DNA of 64,000 nt, from positions 179,041 through 243,040 of the forward strand of contig CAVWXP010000008.1 in assembly GCA_963759175.1 (NCBI GenBank). The letters are read 5' to 3'. A program made the translations under genes and the position numbers. Below, one piece after another: positions 19,068 to 29,647 of the stretch. The DNA comes from an uncultured Acidimicrobiia bacterium (GTDB lineage: Bacteria > Actinomycetota > Acidimicrobiia > Spongiisociales > UBA5794). How positions within the stretch are numbered: position 1 is the stretch's first letter; each line of letters opens with the position of its first letter. The notes below the pieces were generated by a model. It searched no databases. It was not told where the DNA came from and was given only the letters and a program-made list of their open reading frames with translations.

Positions 19068-19819
19068 CCGACATCGTCGTCAGCGGCCTCTCCGTCGACC
19101 TCGGGCGAGGAACGGTGCTGCGCGGCATCGACCTCACCATCGCCGCCGGCGAACTGACCTGCATCGTGGGCCCCAACGGTGCAGGGAAGACGACCCTGAT
19201 GCGATCCATCGCCGGTGAGATCCCCGACCACGGAGGGTCGATCCTGGTGGACGGTCGCCCGATCGACCGCATCTCCGTCGCCGATCGCGCCCGCCTGAGG
19301 GCATTCCTCGCCCAGACGGATCGCACCGACATCCCCTACACGGCAGCCGTCGTCGTCGCGTTCGGAACCCATCTCTCCGCCCTCGATGCCGAGGGCCAAC
19401 GCACGGTCGTCGAAGCGAACCTCGAGGCCCTCGAGATCGCCGGCCTTGCACACCAGGTGGTCTCGACCCTTTCTGGCGGAGAGCAGCGCAGGGTGGCGAT
19501 TGCACGCACATTGGCCCAGGACGCATCCGTGATCCTGCTCGACGAGCCAACCGACAGCCTCGACCTCGCCCATGCCGACCTCGTGATGCGCCTCGCTGTC
19601 GATCGGGCACGAGCAGGCCGAACGATCGCGGTGACGAGCCATGATCTCAACCTCGCGGCACGCCACGGGGACCGCATCGTCATGATCGACGAGGGCTCGA
19701 TCGTCGCCGACGGCGATGCCAACGAGGTCCTGACGGAGCCACTCCTGTCGTCCGTGTACCGATGCAGGGTGCAGATCGCGACCCATCCCGACGATGGCGG
19801 TCCGGTGGTGTTCCTTTGA
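19064..19819 (+). CDS. ABC transporter ATP-binding protein (HmuV/FecE-like)
   Basis: GPNGAGKT, LSGGEQRR, LLDEPT, SHDLNLA. Confidence 0.92.
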   Translation: MTDIVVSGLSVDLGRGTVLRGIDLTIAAGELTCIVGPNGAGKTTLMRSIAGEIPDHGGSILVDGRPIDRISVADRARLRAFLAQTDRTDIPYTAAVVVAFGTHLSALDAEGQRTVVEANLEALEIAGLAHQVVSTLSGGEQRRVAIARTLAQDASVILLDEPTDSLDLAHADLVMRLAVDRARAGRTIAVTSHDLNLAARHGDRIVMIDEGSIVADGDANEVLTEPLLSSVYRCRVQIATHPDDGGPVVFL

Positions 19820-19861
19820 GGCGACGACGGGGAAACACCGACCGTATCCGGCGACTCCGCG

Positions 19862-21730
19862 TCAGATGATGCGGATACCCGACTCGATCGGCTCATAGAC
19901 CGTATTGCGACGAACCGGGTGCCGGTCGAGGTCGAGGATCAGGTCCATGAAGTCACGCTGATCGACCTCCGTTCCGTGGCTGGCTCCGGCCGCCCGCGAT
20001 ATCGACTCGTCCATCAGGGTGCCGCCGACGTCGTTGCACCCGGATCGCAGGAGCGCTTCGGCCCCGTCGAGGCCGAGCTTCACCCATGAGGCCTGGATGT
20101 TGTCGATCAAGCCGATGAACGCCAACCTCGCCACAGCGTGCACCAGGATCACCTCGTCCCATGTGGGGCCGGGGCGCGACGCACCGCGAAGCCAGATCGG
20201 CGCCCCCATGTGCACGAACGGCAGGGGCACGAACTCGGTGAACCCGCCGGTACGGCGCTGGATGGATCGCAGCACCTCGATGTGGTTCGCCCAGGACCGG
20301 GGCCCGTCGACGTGTCCGAACATCATGGTCGAGGTCGTCCGGAGTCCGATGTCGTGGGCTGTGAGCATCACCTCGGCCCACTGGCTGGTACGGAGTTTGT
20401 CCGGGCACAGGGTCCGCCGCACGTCATCGTCGAGGATCTCGGCGGCCGTGCCCGGGAGCGTGCCGAGACCGACGTCGGCGAGCTCGACGAGCAGCTCGCG
20501 GATGGTCCGGCCGGACGTCTCAGCCCCCTGCCAGATCTCGAGCGGTGTGAAGCCGTGGATGTGCATGTCCGGCACGGCTGCCTTCACGGCACGGACGACC
20601 TCGAGGTAGAAGTCCCCCGTGAACCCCGGATGGATCCCACCCTGCAGGCAGACCTCGGTGGCACCTCGGGCCCACGCCTCGGCGGACCGTTCGGCGACCT
20701 CGTCCACGGTCATCAGGTAGGGCGTGCCACGCAGGTCGAGCGACCGTGGCCCCTTTGAGAACGCACAGAAGCCGCACTTGAAGTAGCACTGGTTCGTGTA
20801 GTTGATGTTGCGATTGACGACGAAGGTGACATCGTCGCCGACGACGGCACGTCGAACGATATCGGCGGCGTCGGCGATGGCCTCGACATCCCTCCCGTGC
20901 GCACCGAACAGGATCTCGACCTCGTCACGGGTCGGGGCCACGCCGGACAGGGCAGCTTCGAGAATGGGGAGGACCCGAGGGGAGGCGTCCTCGACAAGCG
21001 CCCGATCACCGGTGATCCAGCCCTCATCGGCCCATGCGGTCGAGATCCTCGCCTCGCGAGTCGGCACGTCCATGTCGCGACCGGGAGCCCAGGCCTCACG
21101 CGGTCGCGCCCGACCGAGGCCATCGACCTGGTTCAGCCACGTTGCGAAGGCACCATCGTCCAGCTCGTCGGCGACGGTGTCGTAGTCGAGGCCTACTGGC
21201 AGGGCCGTCCGTTCCACCAGCGTGTGGTGCGGTGCGAGAGCGGTTCGGAGCTCTCCGATACGTTCCGTGTCCCAGTCGCGCAGGACGAGATCCGTCGCAC
21301 CTTTCTCGACAGCAGCGACTGCGTCCCCCACCGAATCGACGAAGGTGGATACGGCGACATCGAGTCCGGGGAGATCGACGAGGGACGCCATCGGCTCGAC
21401 GGCGCTTCGGCGGCACCTGACGAACGCGGCTCCGGTGACCGCGAGGGCGTCGAGGACGGCCATCTCCGATCCGTCAGCGTCGATGGTGATCCGCCACGGG
21501 GCGACGCCAGCCCTTTCGAGCGCCCGGGCCTGCGAAGGGTCCACGGCGTACGCAGGTGCTGACACGGCGGCCGTGCCGGACACCGTCAGGAGTCCGCCAC
21601 GCTGGGCCTCCTCGATATCACCGGGCGTCGGTTCCACCACGCCGACCGCGAGGGTCCCTTCTTTGCGTCGCGTCGATGCCCACACCTCATGGACGGCGTC
21701 GCTCGGGCGAAGGCGAAGGAAGGTGATCAT
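19862..21730 (-). CDS. cofH: 5-amino-6-(D-ribitylamino)uracil-L-tyrosine 4-hydroxyphenyl transferase CofH with long N-terminal extension
   Basis: VNRNINYTNQCYFKCGFCAF radical-SAM motif, PGTAAEIL, NIQASWVKLG, NDVGGTLMDESISRAAG. Confidence 0.92.
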   Translation of the reverse strand: MITFLRLRPSDAVHEVWASTRRKEGTLAVGVVEPTPGDIEEAQRGGLLTVSGTAAVSAPAYAVDPSQARALERAGVAPWRITIDADGSEMAVLDALAVTGAAFVRCRRSAVEPMASLVDLPGLDVAVSTFVDSVGDAVAAVEKGATDLVLRDWDTERIGELRTALAPHHTLVERTALPVGLDYDTVADELDDGAFATWLNQVDGLGRARPREAWAPGRDMDVPTREARISTAWADEGWITGDRALVEDASPRVLPILEAALSGVAPTRDEVEILFGAHGRDVEAIADAADIVRRAVVGDDVTFVVNRNINYTNQCYFKCGFCAFSKGPRSLDLRGTPYLMTVDEVAERSAEAWARGATEVCLQGGIHPGFTGDFYLEVVRAVKAAVPDMHIHGFTPLEIWQGAETSGRTIRELLVELADVGLGTLPGTAAEILDDDVRRTLCPDKLRTSQWAEVMLTAHDIGLRTTSTMMFGHVDGPRSWANHIEVLRSIQRRTGGFTEFVPLPFVHMGAPIWLRGASRPGPTWDEVILVHAVARLAFIGLIDNIQASWVKLGLDGAEALLRSGCNDVGGTLMDESISRAAGASHGTEVDQRDFMDLILDLDRHPVRRNTVYEPIESGIRII

Positions 21731-22872
21731 GGTTGGCTCGCGATCGGGACGGGTGACAGCGCCGCATATCCGTCGGCATCCGTGCGCCCGCGGGCTGCGG
21801 CGAGGAGGTCGGCGTCGACCCAGTGCGACGTCATGTACTCCGGATAGATCGGTAGGCGAGCGGTGAGCGTGAACCCCGCCCGCTCGGTGGTCGATCGCAG
21901 GGTCTCGAGGTGGGGCCACGGAGCCTCCGGGTTGACCCAGTCGATCGTGACCGGGCTGACCCCACCCCAGTCGTTGATGCCGGCGTCGAGGTACACGCCG
22001 TAGTCCTCGGTGAGGTTCGGCGGCACCTGGATGTTCGCCTCAGCGCCGAGTATCCATCGCGCCAGCGCCACGACCCGCACGAAGTAGGGGATGTCCGGCT
22101 CGGGAGCGAAGCGCATCCGCGTGTTGGCCTTCGCCCGAAAGTTCTGGATGATGAACTCCTGGAGGTGCCCGTGGCAGTCCTGGATGGCTCGGAGGGCGAT
22201 GAGGCTGTCGACGATCTCATCGGGGCGTTCCCCTATCCCGACGAGGATGCCCGTCGTGAAGGGCACCCGCTGGCGAGCCGCGGCCTCGATCGTCTCCACT
22301 CGCCGTGCTGGGACCTTGTCCGGGCAGTCGTGGTGAGGCATGCCGGGTTCCGTGAGGCGATCGGAGATGTTCTCGAGCATCAGTCCCATCGACAGGTTGG
22401 TGGGCCGCAGCGCAGCGATGTCGGCCTCGGACATGACCCCGGGGTTGGCGTGCGGGAACAGACGGGTCTCGGATCGGATGAGTGACGACATGGCAGCGAC
22501 ATACTCGAGCGTGGTCACACATCCGTGGCTCTCGAGGAAGGCACGGGCCTGCGGCCACTTGTCCTCGGGGGCATCACCCAACGTGAGGAGCGCCTCGGTG
22601 CAATCGAGGTCGTCACCTGCCCGTGCGATGGCGAGTACGTCGTCGGGGGTCAGGTACTCACCGCCACCGCCGGGAGGCTTCACGAACGTGCAGTAGGTGC
22701 ACGTGTCACGACACATCGTGGTGATCGGGATGAACACCTTTCGCGAGTACGTGATCGTCCGCCCGTGGCCTTCGTCGCGAAGGCGCGCCGCCTCCGCGAG
22801 CAGAGCCGCAGCGTCGACGTCACCGGCGAGCAACCCGATGGCGAGGGACCGATCCGGTTCGGGGAATGGCAT
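21727..22872 (-). CDS. cofG: FO synthase subunit CofG
   Basis: TYSRKVFIPITTMCRDTCTYC, PFTTGILVGIGE, NIQVPPNL, GINDWGGVSP. Confidence 0.93.
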   Translation of the reverse strand: MPFPEPDRSLAIGLLAGDVDAAALLAEAARLRDEGHGRTITYSRKVFIPITTMCRDTCTYCTFVKPPGGGGEYLTPDDVLAIARAGDDLDCTEALLTLGDAPEDKWPQARAFLESHGCVTTLEYVAAMSSLIRSETRLFPHANPGVMSEADIAALRPTNLSMGLMLENISDRLTEPGMPHHDCPDKVPARRVETIEAAARQRVPFTTGILVGIGERPDEIVDSLIALRAIQDCHGHLQEFIIQNFRAKANTRMRFAPEPDIPYFVRVVALARWILGAEANIQVPPNLTEDYGVYLDAGINDWGGVSPVTIDWVNPEAPWPHLETLRSTTERAGFTLTARLPIYPEYMTSHWVDADLLAAARGRTDADGYAALSPVPIASQP

Positions 22873-22956
22873 CGGGAGAAGCTATCACGTTCACGCCGGG
22901 CCGGGGACGGCACGGCGTCGATCCGGCTCGGGGCCCTCGCCGGGTACCCTGCCGCC

Positions 22957-23829
22957 ATGGGACGGTGGCTGTGGTGCGGAGCGATTCTGTCGGTGGCTCT
23001 GGCTGCCTGCTCCCCCGACGCGCAGGTCACGACCACCACGTCACCTGCACCGCCGGATGCCACCACCACGACCGCTCCCCCGGGGAGCGACCCGTGCACG
23101 TCGGGCGGCCTCCCGTTCTCGTCGGAGGGCCTCATCGCTGCACTGGGCGAAGCCACCTCCGATGCAACGCGCATTGCGGAGATCCGATGGGATCCCGCTG
23201 CGACGTGTGAACGCATCACCATGGCCTTCACCACCGAGTCCGGTGCCCCGGCGACGACGTTGGGCCTCACCGGCGTCACGGCGTTCACGTTCACGGGGTC
23301 GCTGCGCGTGACGCTTCCACCGGACATCACCGCGACCGCCGTCGCCGACTCCCTCCTCGACGGCGACCTGATCCAGCAGCTCTACGTCGTCCGGGGACCC
23401 GCAAGGGACCTCTTCGTCGACATCATCGGCGTGCCCGGCGAACCCATCGCGGCCCGGGCGTTTCTCACGACGTCACCTGCGACCCTCGTCATCGACGTGG
23501 CCCCGGCCCCTGATGCGCCGGCTCCCGGCCCGGTGGCACGCTCTGATGTGGCGGTGATCGTGTCACCGCCACAGGGTCCGGCGCTGTACCCGGTAACCGT
23601 GGAGGCCTACGCCGCACCGTCCCTCCGGACGGTGCGGATCCAGGTGACCAACGACGAATCGGTGGCCATCGATCGAGCACTCGCCCTTGCCGGCGACTCG
23701 GATGCATGGCAGGCGATCTCCACACGGATCGAGGATGGCCCTGCTGGCCGTTCGACGCTATTCGTCGGGATCGTCGATCCGAACGCACGACAGCTCGACG
23801 GAGCAACGGTCGTCCTCGACCTGCCGTGA
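22957..23829 (+). CDS. Hypothetical lipoprotein (possibly AMIN-like domain)
   Basis: Lipobox LAAC, T/P-rich linker, beta-rich domain ending PATLVIDV. Confidence 0.65.
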   Translation: MGRWLWCGAILSVALAACSPDAQVTTTTSPAPPDATTTTAPPGSDPCTSGGLPFSSEGLIAALGEATSDATRIAEIRWDPAATCERITMAFTTESGAPATTLGLTGVTAFTFTGSLRVTLPPDITATAVADSLLDGDLIQQLYVVRGPARDLFVDIIGVPGEPIAARAFLTTSPATLVIDVAPAPDAPAPGPVARSDVAVIVSPPQGPALYPVTVEAYAAPSLRTVRIQVTNDESVAIDRALALAGDSDAWQAISTRIEDGPAGRSTLFVGIVDPNARQLDGATVVLDLP

Positions 23830-23931
23830 GGTCGACCGTCACGGCGTCGATCATGCGCCCATGCATCGAGCGGACGGACTCGCTGGCACGCGATGATGCC
23901 CGATCGGTAGGGTTGCGCCAGGAGGCATGGC

Positions 23932-24972
23932 ATGAATCGCTCGATCGGTTCGGGGATCCTCGCGCTCATACTCATCGTCGGAGGCTGCTCGCCCGACGGA
24001 AGCGTCGACGAGGCATCGACGACCACTGCTGAGCCCGCGTCGACGACGATCGCCGAGAGCACCACCACGGAGGCGTCGACGACCACAGTCGTCGCGGACA
24101 CGACGACGACGGTCCCCCGGACTCGGCTCGAGGAATGGGGTTTCCCCGTCTCGGACGAATACGTCGTCGAGACCGTCGTCACCGACCTCGACGCTGGCAC
24201 CGGTGGTCTCGCCGTCGCGGAGGACGGGACGATGTACATGGGGGATTTCGGCTACTCGGGGCACCCGGGCAACACCGTATTGCGCATCAGCGCCGACGGG
24301 ATGGTCGAACCGTTCTCCACCCACGAGGACATGGACAGCCTGACGATGACGACGTTTGCCTCGGACGGTTCGATCCACCAATCGAGCTACGGCTCCGACC
24401 GGGTGTTCAGGATCGACGTCGACGGCAGCACCGAGCTCATCGTCGAGGGTATCCGCGGCCCAACCGGGATCGTCGAGCTCGACGACGGGACCCTCGTCGT
24501 CGAGGGATACGACAGCCGGGCGCTCTACAAGGTCTCGACCGACGGCACGACCGAGGAATGGGTCGTCGACACTCGCATGAACGGCCCCAACGGCCTCACG
24601 GTGGGACCCGACGGCACCCTCTACGTGATCTGCCATCGCAACGGTGATCTCTGGTCCGTGGATCCCGATGGATCACTCGAGAAGCTGTTCGCCTTCCCTG
24701 CTCCGACGGCACACGGCGTCTACCACGACGGTGGCGTGTTCATCACGAGTCGTACCGGCTTCGTGGTGTTCCGGTACGACGTGGCAAGCGGTGACGTGGT
24801 GATCATCGCAGGCAGCGGCGAGGCGGGAACGGCCGACGGGCGAGGAGCGGAGGCGTCGTTCGGACGACTCAACGCGATCACGCTCGGGCCCGACGGTGCC
24901 TTCTACGTCAACCACGGGGACGCCGCCGGGGTAGCGCCCGTGAGTATCCGCAGGATCGTCCACAACCCCTGA
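23932..24972 (+). CDS. Lipoprotein with NHL/SMP-30-like beta-propeller
   Basis: Lipobox VGGC, Thr-rich linker, repeated GPxG(L/I)..DG.LY blades. Confidence 0.75.
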   Translation: MNRSIGSGILALILIVGGCSPDGSVDEASTTTAEPASTTIAESTTTEASTTTVVADTTTTVPRTRLEEWGFPVSDEYVVETVVTDLDAGTGGLAVAEDGTMYMGDFGYSGHPGNTVLRISADGMVEPFSTHEDMDSLTMTTFASDGSIHQSSYGSDRVFRIDVDGSTELIVEGIRGPTGIVELDDGTLVVEGYDSRALYKVSTDGTTEEWVVDTRMNGPNGLTVGPDGTLYVICHRNGDLWSVDPDGSLEKLFAFPAPTAHGVYHDGGVFITSRTGFVVFRYDVASGDVVIIAGSGEAGTADGRGAEASFGRLNAITLGPDGAFYVNHGDAAGVAPVSIRRIVHNP

Positions 24973-24976
24973 ACCC

Positions 24977-25005
24977 GAGGCTCAAAGCTCAAAGCTCAAA
25001 GCTCT
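24977..25005. repeat. AAGCTCA heptamer tandem array
   Basis: gaggctca aagctca aagctca aagctct between convergent stops. Confidence 0.8.
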
Positions 25006-25010
25006 GCCGC

Positions 25011-28000
25011 TCACATGTTCCTGCGATAGCGCCCACCTACGGCGAACAGGGCCTCGCTGAGCTGGCCGAGCGAGCAGTACCGGACGGCATCCATCAGGCT
25101 CGCGAACACGTTGTCTCCGGCAAGCACGGCGCCCTGGAGTGCTTCGATGGCCGCGTCCGCTTCCTTGGCGAGCCTGCGGTGCTGCGCAACGAGATCGTCG
25201 ATCAGCTGGTTCTTGTCGTCGTCGGTCGATCGGATCACCTGGGCCGGCGTCACGAACGGCGAGCCGTCGTCGGACAGGAAGGTGTTGACCCCCACGATCG
25301 GGATCTCGCCGGAATCCTTCGCCATCTCGTACCGCATCGACTCCTCCTGGATCCTCGATCGCTGGTACATCGTCTCCATCGCCCCCAGGACTCCCCCACG
25401 CTCGGTGAGCCGATCGAACTCGGCGAGGACCGCTTCCTCGACGAGGTCCGTCAGTTCCTCGATGATGAACGAACCCTGGAGGGTGTTCTCGTTGCGGTTC
25501 AACCCCAATTCCCGGTTGATGATGAGCTGGATGGCGAGCGCCCGGCGAACGGACGCCTCGGTGGGGGTCGTGATCGCCTCGTCGAACGCATTGGTGTGCA
25601 GGCTGTTGGCGTTGTCGTAGATGGCGTACAGCGCCTGGAGCGTGGTGCGGATGTCGTTGAACTCGATGTCCTGGGCATGGAGGGATCGGCCGGACGTCTG
25701 GATGTGGTATTTGAGCTTCTGGGACCGCTCCCCTGCCCCGTACCGATCCCGCATCGCCTTGGCCCAGATGCGACGCGCCACACGACCGATCACGGCGTAC
25801 TCGGGATCGAGACCGTTGGAGAAGAAGAACGAGAGGTTCGGAGCGAAGTCGTCGACCGCCATGCCCCTGGCGGCGAAGTACTCGACGAAGGTGAACCCGT
25901 TGGCCAGGGTGAAGGCGAGCTGGGTGATGGGGTTGGCGCCGGCTTCGGCCATGTGATAGCCCGAGATCGACACCGAGTAGAAGTTCGTCACGTCGTGGTC
26001 GACGAAGTACTGCTGGATGTCGCCCTGCATCGTCAAGGCGAATTCCGTCGAGAAGATGCACGTGTTCTGGGCCTGATCCTCCTTGAGGATGTCGGCCTGG
26101 ATGGTGCCGCGCACCGTGGCGAGGGTCTCGGTCCTGATGCGTCCGTAGACATCGGGTGGCAGGACATCGGCCCCCGAGAGTCCCAGCAGGAGGAGGCCGG
26201 TGCCGTCGTGACCGTCCGGGAGATCGCCGTGATAGCGGGGGCGTTCCTCGCTGGCCCTGGCGAAGCGTTCGTCGATGCGTCGGTCGATCTCCTCGAAACG
26301 ACCCTCGGCACGGATATGGCGTTCACATGCCTGATCGATGGCCGCGTTGAGGAAGAAGGCGAGCATCATCGGTGCCGGACCGTTGATGGTCATCGACACG
26401 GATGTCGTCGGATCGAGCAGGTCGAAGCCCGAGTAGAGCTTCTTCGCGTCGTCGAGCGTCGCCACCGACACCCCGGAGTTGCCGACCTTTCCGTAGATGT
26501 CAGGCCGCGTTGCCGGATCGTTGCCGTACAACGTGACCGAGTCGAAGGCCGTGGACAACCGAACCGCAGGCATACCCCGGGCGAGGAAGTGGAATCGGCG
26601 ATTGGTCTGTTCCGGTCCGCCCTCTCCGGCGAACATGCGGGTCGGATCCTCGAGCTGCCGTTTGAAGGGGAACACGCCGGCGGTGAACGGGAACCGCCCG
26701 GGGAGGTTCTCCTGCCGAAGCCACCGCACGCGGTCACCCCACCCATCGAAGCGTGGGTGGATGACCTTGGGGAACTCCGTACCCGACAGGCTGATAGCAG
26801 CGTTGTCGACCTCGATCGTCCGACCGCGGACGTCGTACGCAACGGTTCCCGATGCGTACCTGGCGCGCTCGGCGTCCCATCCATCGAGCCCGGAGGCGAT
26901 GTCGTCGGGGAGAAGCTCCGCCAGTTCCGAGATCATCGGTCCGGTTCCCCCGACGCCGAGTTCCGCACTGCGGGTCAGGGCTTGGACGTCCGTGGCGATG
27001 CGCGACGCTTCGTCGGTGGCGGCGTTGTACGACCGAACGACATCCGCGATCTCCGACAGGTACCTCGTGCGATCCCGCGGCACCAGGGGCCCGGTGAGTG
27101 CCCGCCCGTCCCGACGCTCCACGTCGGAGAACCGGGCCGGGGCGCGTTCAACGACGGCGGCCATGATCCGTTCGTAGAGCTGGTGGGTACCGCTGTCGTT
27201 GAACTGCGAAGCGATCGTCGCAACGATGGGCAACTCGTCATCGGACGCCTCGAACAGCTCGCGATTGCGTTTGTACTGCTTGCGGACATCGCGGAGGGCA
27301 TCCTCGGCCCCACGACGATCGGATTTGTTGATCGCAATCACATCTGCGAAGTCGAGCATGTCGATCTTCTCGAGCTGCGTTGCGGCTCCGTAGTCGGGCG
27401 TCATGACATAGACCGAGATGTCCGATGCGTCGACGATCTCGGTGTCCGACTGCCCGATGCCAGACGTCTCGAGGAAGATCAGGTCGAATCCGGCCGCCTT
27501 GGCCACGGTGACCGCATCGGCCACGTGCGGCGACATCGCCAGGTTGGCCTGCCGTGTCGCTAGGGACCGCATGTAGGTCTGGTCTCCGGACACGGCGTTC
27601 ATCCGGATGCGATCACCGAGGAGTGCGCCACCCGTCCGCCTGCGCGAAGGATCCACCGAGAGCACGGCGATCCTGCGGTTGGGGTGGTCCCTGCGGAAAC
27701 GCAGGACCAACTCGTCGAGGATCGACGACTTCCCTGCCCCGCCGGTGCCGGTGAACCCCACGACCGGTGCATCGGTGGCGCCGGCGAGCTCACGGAGCCG
27801 CGCACGGACCTCGCCGTGGGCGTCGGGTTCGTTCTCGAACGCAGTGATGGCCCTGGCGATCATCGCACGGTTGCGATCCACAACCGCCTCGACGACACCC
27901 GTCTCGGGGAGTACCTGGGGATGCACAGCGTGTTCGAGGAGGTCGTCGATCATTCCGGTGAGTCCGAGATGCCGGCCGTCGTCGGGTGAGTAGATGCGTG

Positions 28001-28337
28001 CGATACCTGCCGTGGCGAGGGCATCACCCTCCTCGGGGAGGATCGTGCCGCCGCCACCACCGAACACCCGGATCGTCGAGCCCCCCATGTCGTCGAGCAG
28101 CGAACGCAAATAGCCGAAGAACTCCATGTGCCCGCCCTGGTACGAGGTCACAGCCACAGCGTGGGCATCCTCCTCGACGGCGGCCTCGGCGATCTCGAAG
28201 GCCGACCGGTCGTGTCCGAGGTGGATCACCTCCGCACCCCGCGACTGGAGGATCCGCCGCATGATGTTGATCGACGCGTCGTGCCCGTCGAAGAGCGAAG
28301 TGGCGGTGACGATGCGGACCCGTGGCGATGCAGGCAT
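25011..28337 (-). CDS. icmF: Fused isobutyryl-CoA mutase / MeaB-like GTPase
   Basis: B12-binding [15 protein letters not shown] GTPase, mutase [26 protein letters not shown]. Confidence 0.95.
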   Translation of the reverse strand: MPASPRVRIVTATSLFDGHDASINIMRRILQSRGAEVIHLGHDRSAFEIAEAAVEEDAHAVAVTSYQGGHMEFFGYLRSLLDDMGGSTIRVFGGGGGTILPEEGDALATAGIARIYSPDDGRHLGLTGMIDDLLEHAVHPQVLPETGVVEAVVDRNRAMIARAITAFENEPDAHGEVRARLRELAGATDAPVVGFTGTGGAGKSSILDELVLRFRRDHPNRRIAVLSVDPSRRRTGGALLGDRIRMNAVSGDQTYMRSLATRQANLAMSPHVADAVTVAKAAGFDLIFLETSGIGQSDTEIVDASDISVYVMTPDYGAATQLEKIDMLDFADVIAINKSDRRGAEDALRDVRKQYKRNRELFEASDDELPIVATIASQFNDSGTHQLYERIMAAVVERAPARFSDVERRDGRALTGPLVPRDRTRYLSEIADVVRSYNAATDEASRIATDVQALTRSAELGVGGTGPMISELAELLPDDIASGLDGWDAERARYASGTVAYDVRGRTIEVDNAAISLSGTEFPKVIHPRFDGWGDRVRWLRQENLPGRFPFTAGVFPFKRQLEDPTRMFAGEGGPEQTNRRFHFLARGMPAVRLSTAFDSVTLYGNDPATRPDIYGKVGNSGVSVATLDDAKKLYSGFDLLDPTTSVSMTINGPAPMMLAFFLNAAIDQACERHIRAEGRFEEIDRRIDERFARASEERPRYHGDLPDGHDGTGLLLLGLSGADVLPPDVYGRIRTETLATVRGTIQADILKEDQAQNTCIFSTEFALTMQGDIQQYFVDHDVTNFYSVSISGYHMAEAGANPITQLAFTLANGFTFVEYFAARGMAVDDFAPNLSFFFSNGLDPEYAVIGRVARRIWAKAMRDRYGAGERSQKLKYHIQTSGRSLHAQDIEFNDIRTTLQALYAIYDNANSLHTNAFDEAITTPTEASVRRALAIQLIINRELGLNRNENTLQGSFIIEELTDLVEEAVLAEFDRLTERGGVLGAMETMYQRSRIQEESMRYEMAKDSGEIPIVGVNTFLSDDGSPFVTPAQVIRSTDDDKNQLIDDLVAQHRRLAKEADAAIEALQGAVLAGDNVFASLMDAVRYCSLGQLSEALFAVGGRYRRNM

Positions 28338-28390
28338 GGGAGCAGGATAGGGGGCGGCCACTCAGCCGTCCCGTCCGCGGATCTGCCGCG

Positions 28391-28906
28391 TCACGAGAAG
28401 AGGCCGTCTGGGATGTCCACGACCACACGCCGCGCATCGGTGTCGACGAGCGGTACGAGGGCATCGACGAACGGAATCTCGCCCGTCGTGCCGTCCTCAG
28501 CGGTGACGACGATCCGATCCTGGGCGGCTCCGGTGATGACGTCGGCAACCACGCCGACCCGCTTGCCGCTCGCGGATTCGACCGCGCACCCGACGAGATC
28601 ATCGGCCCACCACTCGTCCGGCTCGAGGTCACGTCGCAGCGATGCCGGCATGACGAACTGGGTTCCGATGAGACGCTCGGCGGCGTTGCGATCCTCGACG
28701 CCCTCGAGGTGCACCACGGCATCTCCACGGTGATGGCGGTGGGAGGTCACGAGGTACGCCGTCTCGGGATCCTGGTCTCCCCCGATGAGCGTGGCGCCGG
28801 TGACCAGCCGATCGAGGGCGTCGCTGATGAGGCCCCTGACGACGACATCCCCGCGGATGCCGTGCGCCCTGCGCACGTATCCCACGGGGATGGTTGGTTC
28901 GTCCAT
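28391..28906 (-). CDS. rimM: Ribosome maturation factor RimM
   Basis: VGYVRRAHGIRG, WWADDLVGC, EIPFV. Confidence 0.93.
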   Translation of the reverse strand: MDEPTIPVGYVRRAHGIRGDVVVRGLISDALDRLVTGATLIGGDQDPETAYLVTSHRHHRGDAVVHLEGVEDRNAAERLIGTQFVMPASLRRDLEPDEWWADDLVGCAVESASGKRVGVVADVITGAAQDRIVVTAEDGTTGEIPFVDALVPLVDTDARRVVVDIPDGLFS

Positions 28907-28940
28907 GATGCTCGGTTTCGGCAGTCCGGACAATGACGTG

Positions 28941-29192
28941 TCAGTCGAGGAAATCGACGTCGACCGACAAGCCTTCCTCTTCAGCTGCTGCCCCGGCGAC
29001 GTTGCGGATGGCCCTCGCCACCCGTCCACGTTTGCCGATGACCCGTCCCATGTCGCTCTTGGCTGCTCGCACCTCGGCGACGACGGCGTCGTCCCCGTCG
29101 GACACGATGTTCACCTCGACGGCGTCCCGATCATCGACGATCTCCGAGACGACGTACGTGACGACCTTGTCGACGATCTCTCCCTGGCTCAT
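28941..29192 (-). CDS. khpA: KH-domain RNA-binding protein KhpA
   Basis: DMGRVIGKRGRVARAIR GxxG motif; between rpsP and rimM. Confidence 0.9.
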   Translation of the reverse strand: MSQGEIVDKVVTYVVSEIVDDRDAVEVNIVSDGDDAVVAEVRAAKSDMGRVIGKRGRVARAIRNVAGAAAEEEGLSVDVDFLD

Positions 29193-29644
29193 GCATCATC
29201 CTGACTGTCTTCGGGTGCGGCCTCGGTGGCGGCGGTGTCCTCTTCGGTGACGGCTTCGACGACAGCCTCGGTTCCGGACTCCTCAGCAACGTCCTCGGTC
29301 ACCGCAGCGACGGCCTCGACGGCCTTGGCTGCCTTCTTCGGCTTCGGTGCGGGCTCGTCGCCACCGACGGTGTGGATGTCGCCCCTGGCGATCTTGAACT
29401 GGGTCCAGGCACCGGAGATCTCAAGGAGCTTCTGCGCTCGCTCGGTCGGTTGCGCACCGGTCTTGAGCCAGTGGAGGGCACGTTCGTTGTCGATCGTGAT
29501 CAGCGAGGGGTCCTGGCGCGGATCGTAGATGCCGAGCTGTTCGATGTACTCACCATCTCGTGGCTTGCGCGAGTCCATCACCACCACGCGGTAGGTCGGC
29601 TGCTTCTTCTTGCCAAGCCGCGTCAGGCGGATCTTGACTGCCAT
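29189..29644 (-). CDS. rpsP: 30S ribosomal protein S16
   Basis: MAVKIRLTRLGKKKQPTYRVVV; acidic tail. Confidence 0.98.
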   Translation of the reverse strand: MAVKIRLTRLGKKKQPTYRVVVMDSRKPRDGEYIEQLGIYDPRQDPSLITIDNERALHWLKTGAQPTERAQKLLEISGAWTQFKIARGDIHTVGGDEPAPKPKKAAKAVEAVAAVTEDVAEESGTEAVVEAVTEEDTAATEAAPEDSQDDA

Positions 29645-29647
29645 CGG

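Noticed and set aside
29189-29360. Acidic C-terminal tail on S16
   Set aside because: Common in actinobacterial S16; not unusual
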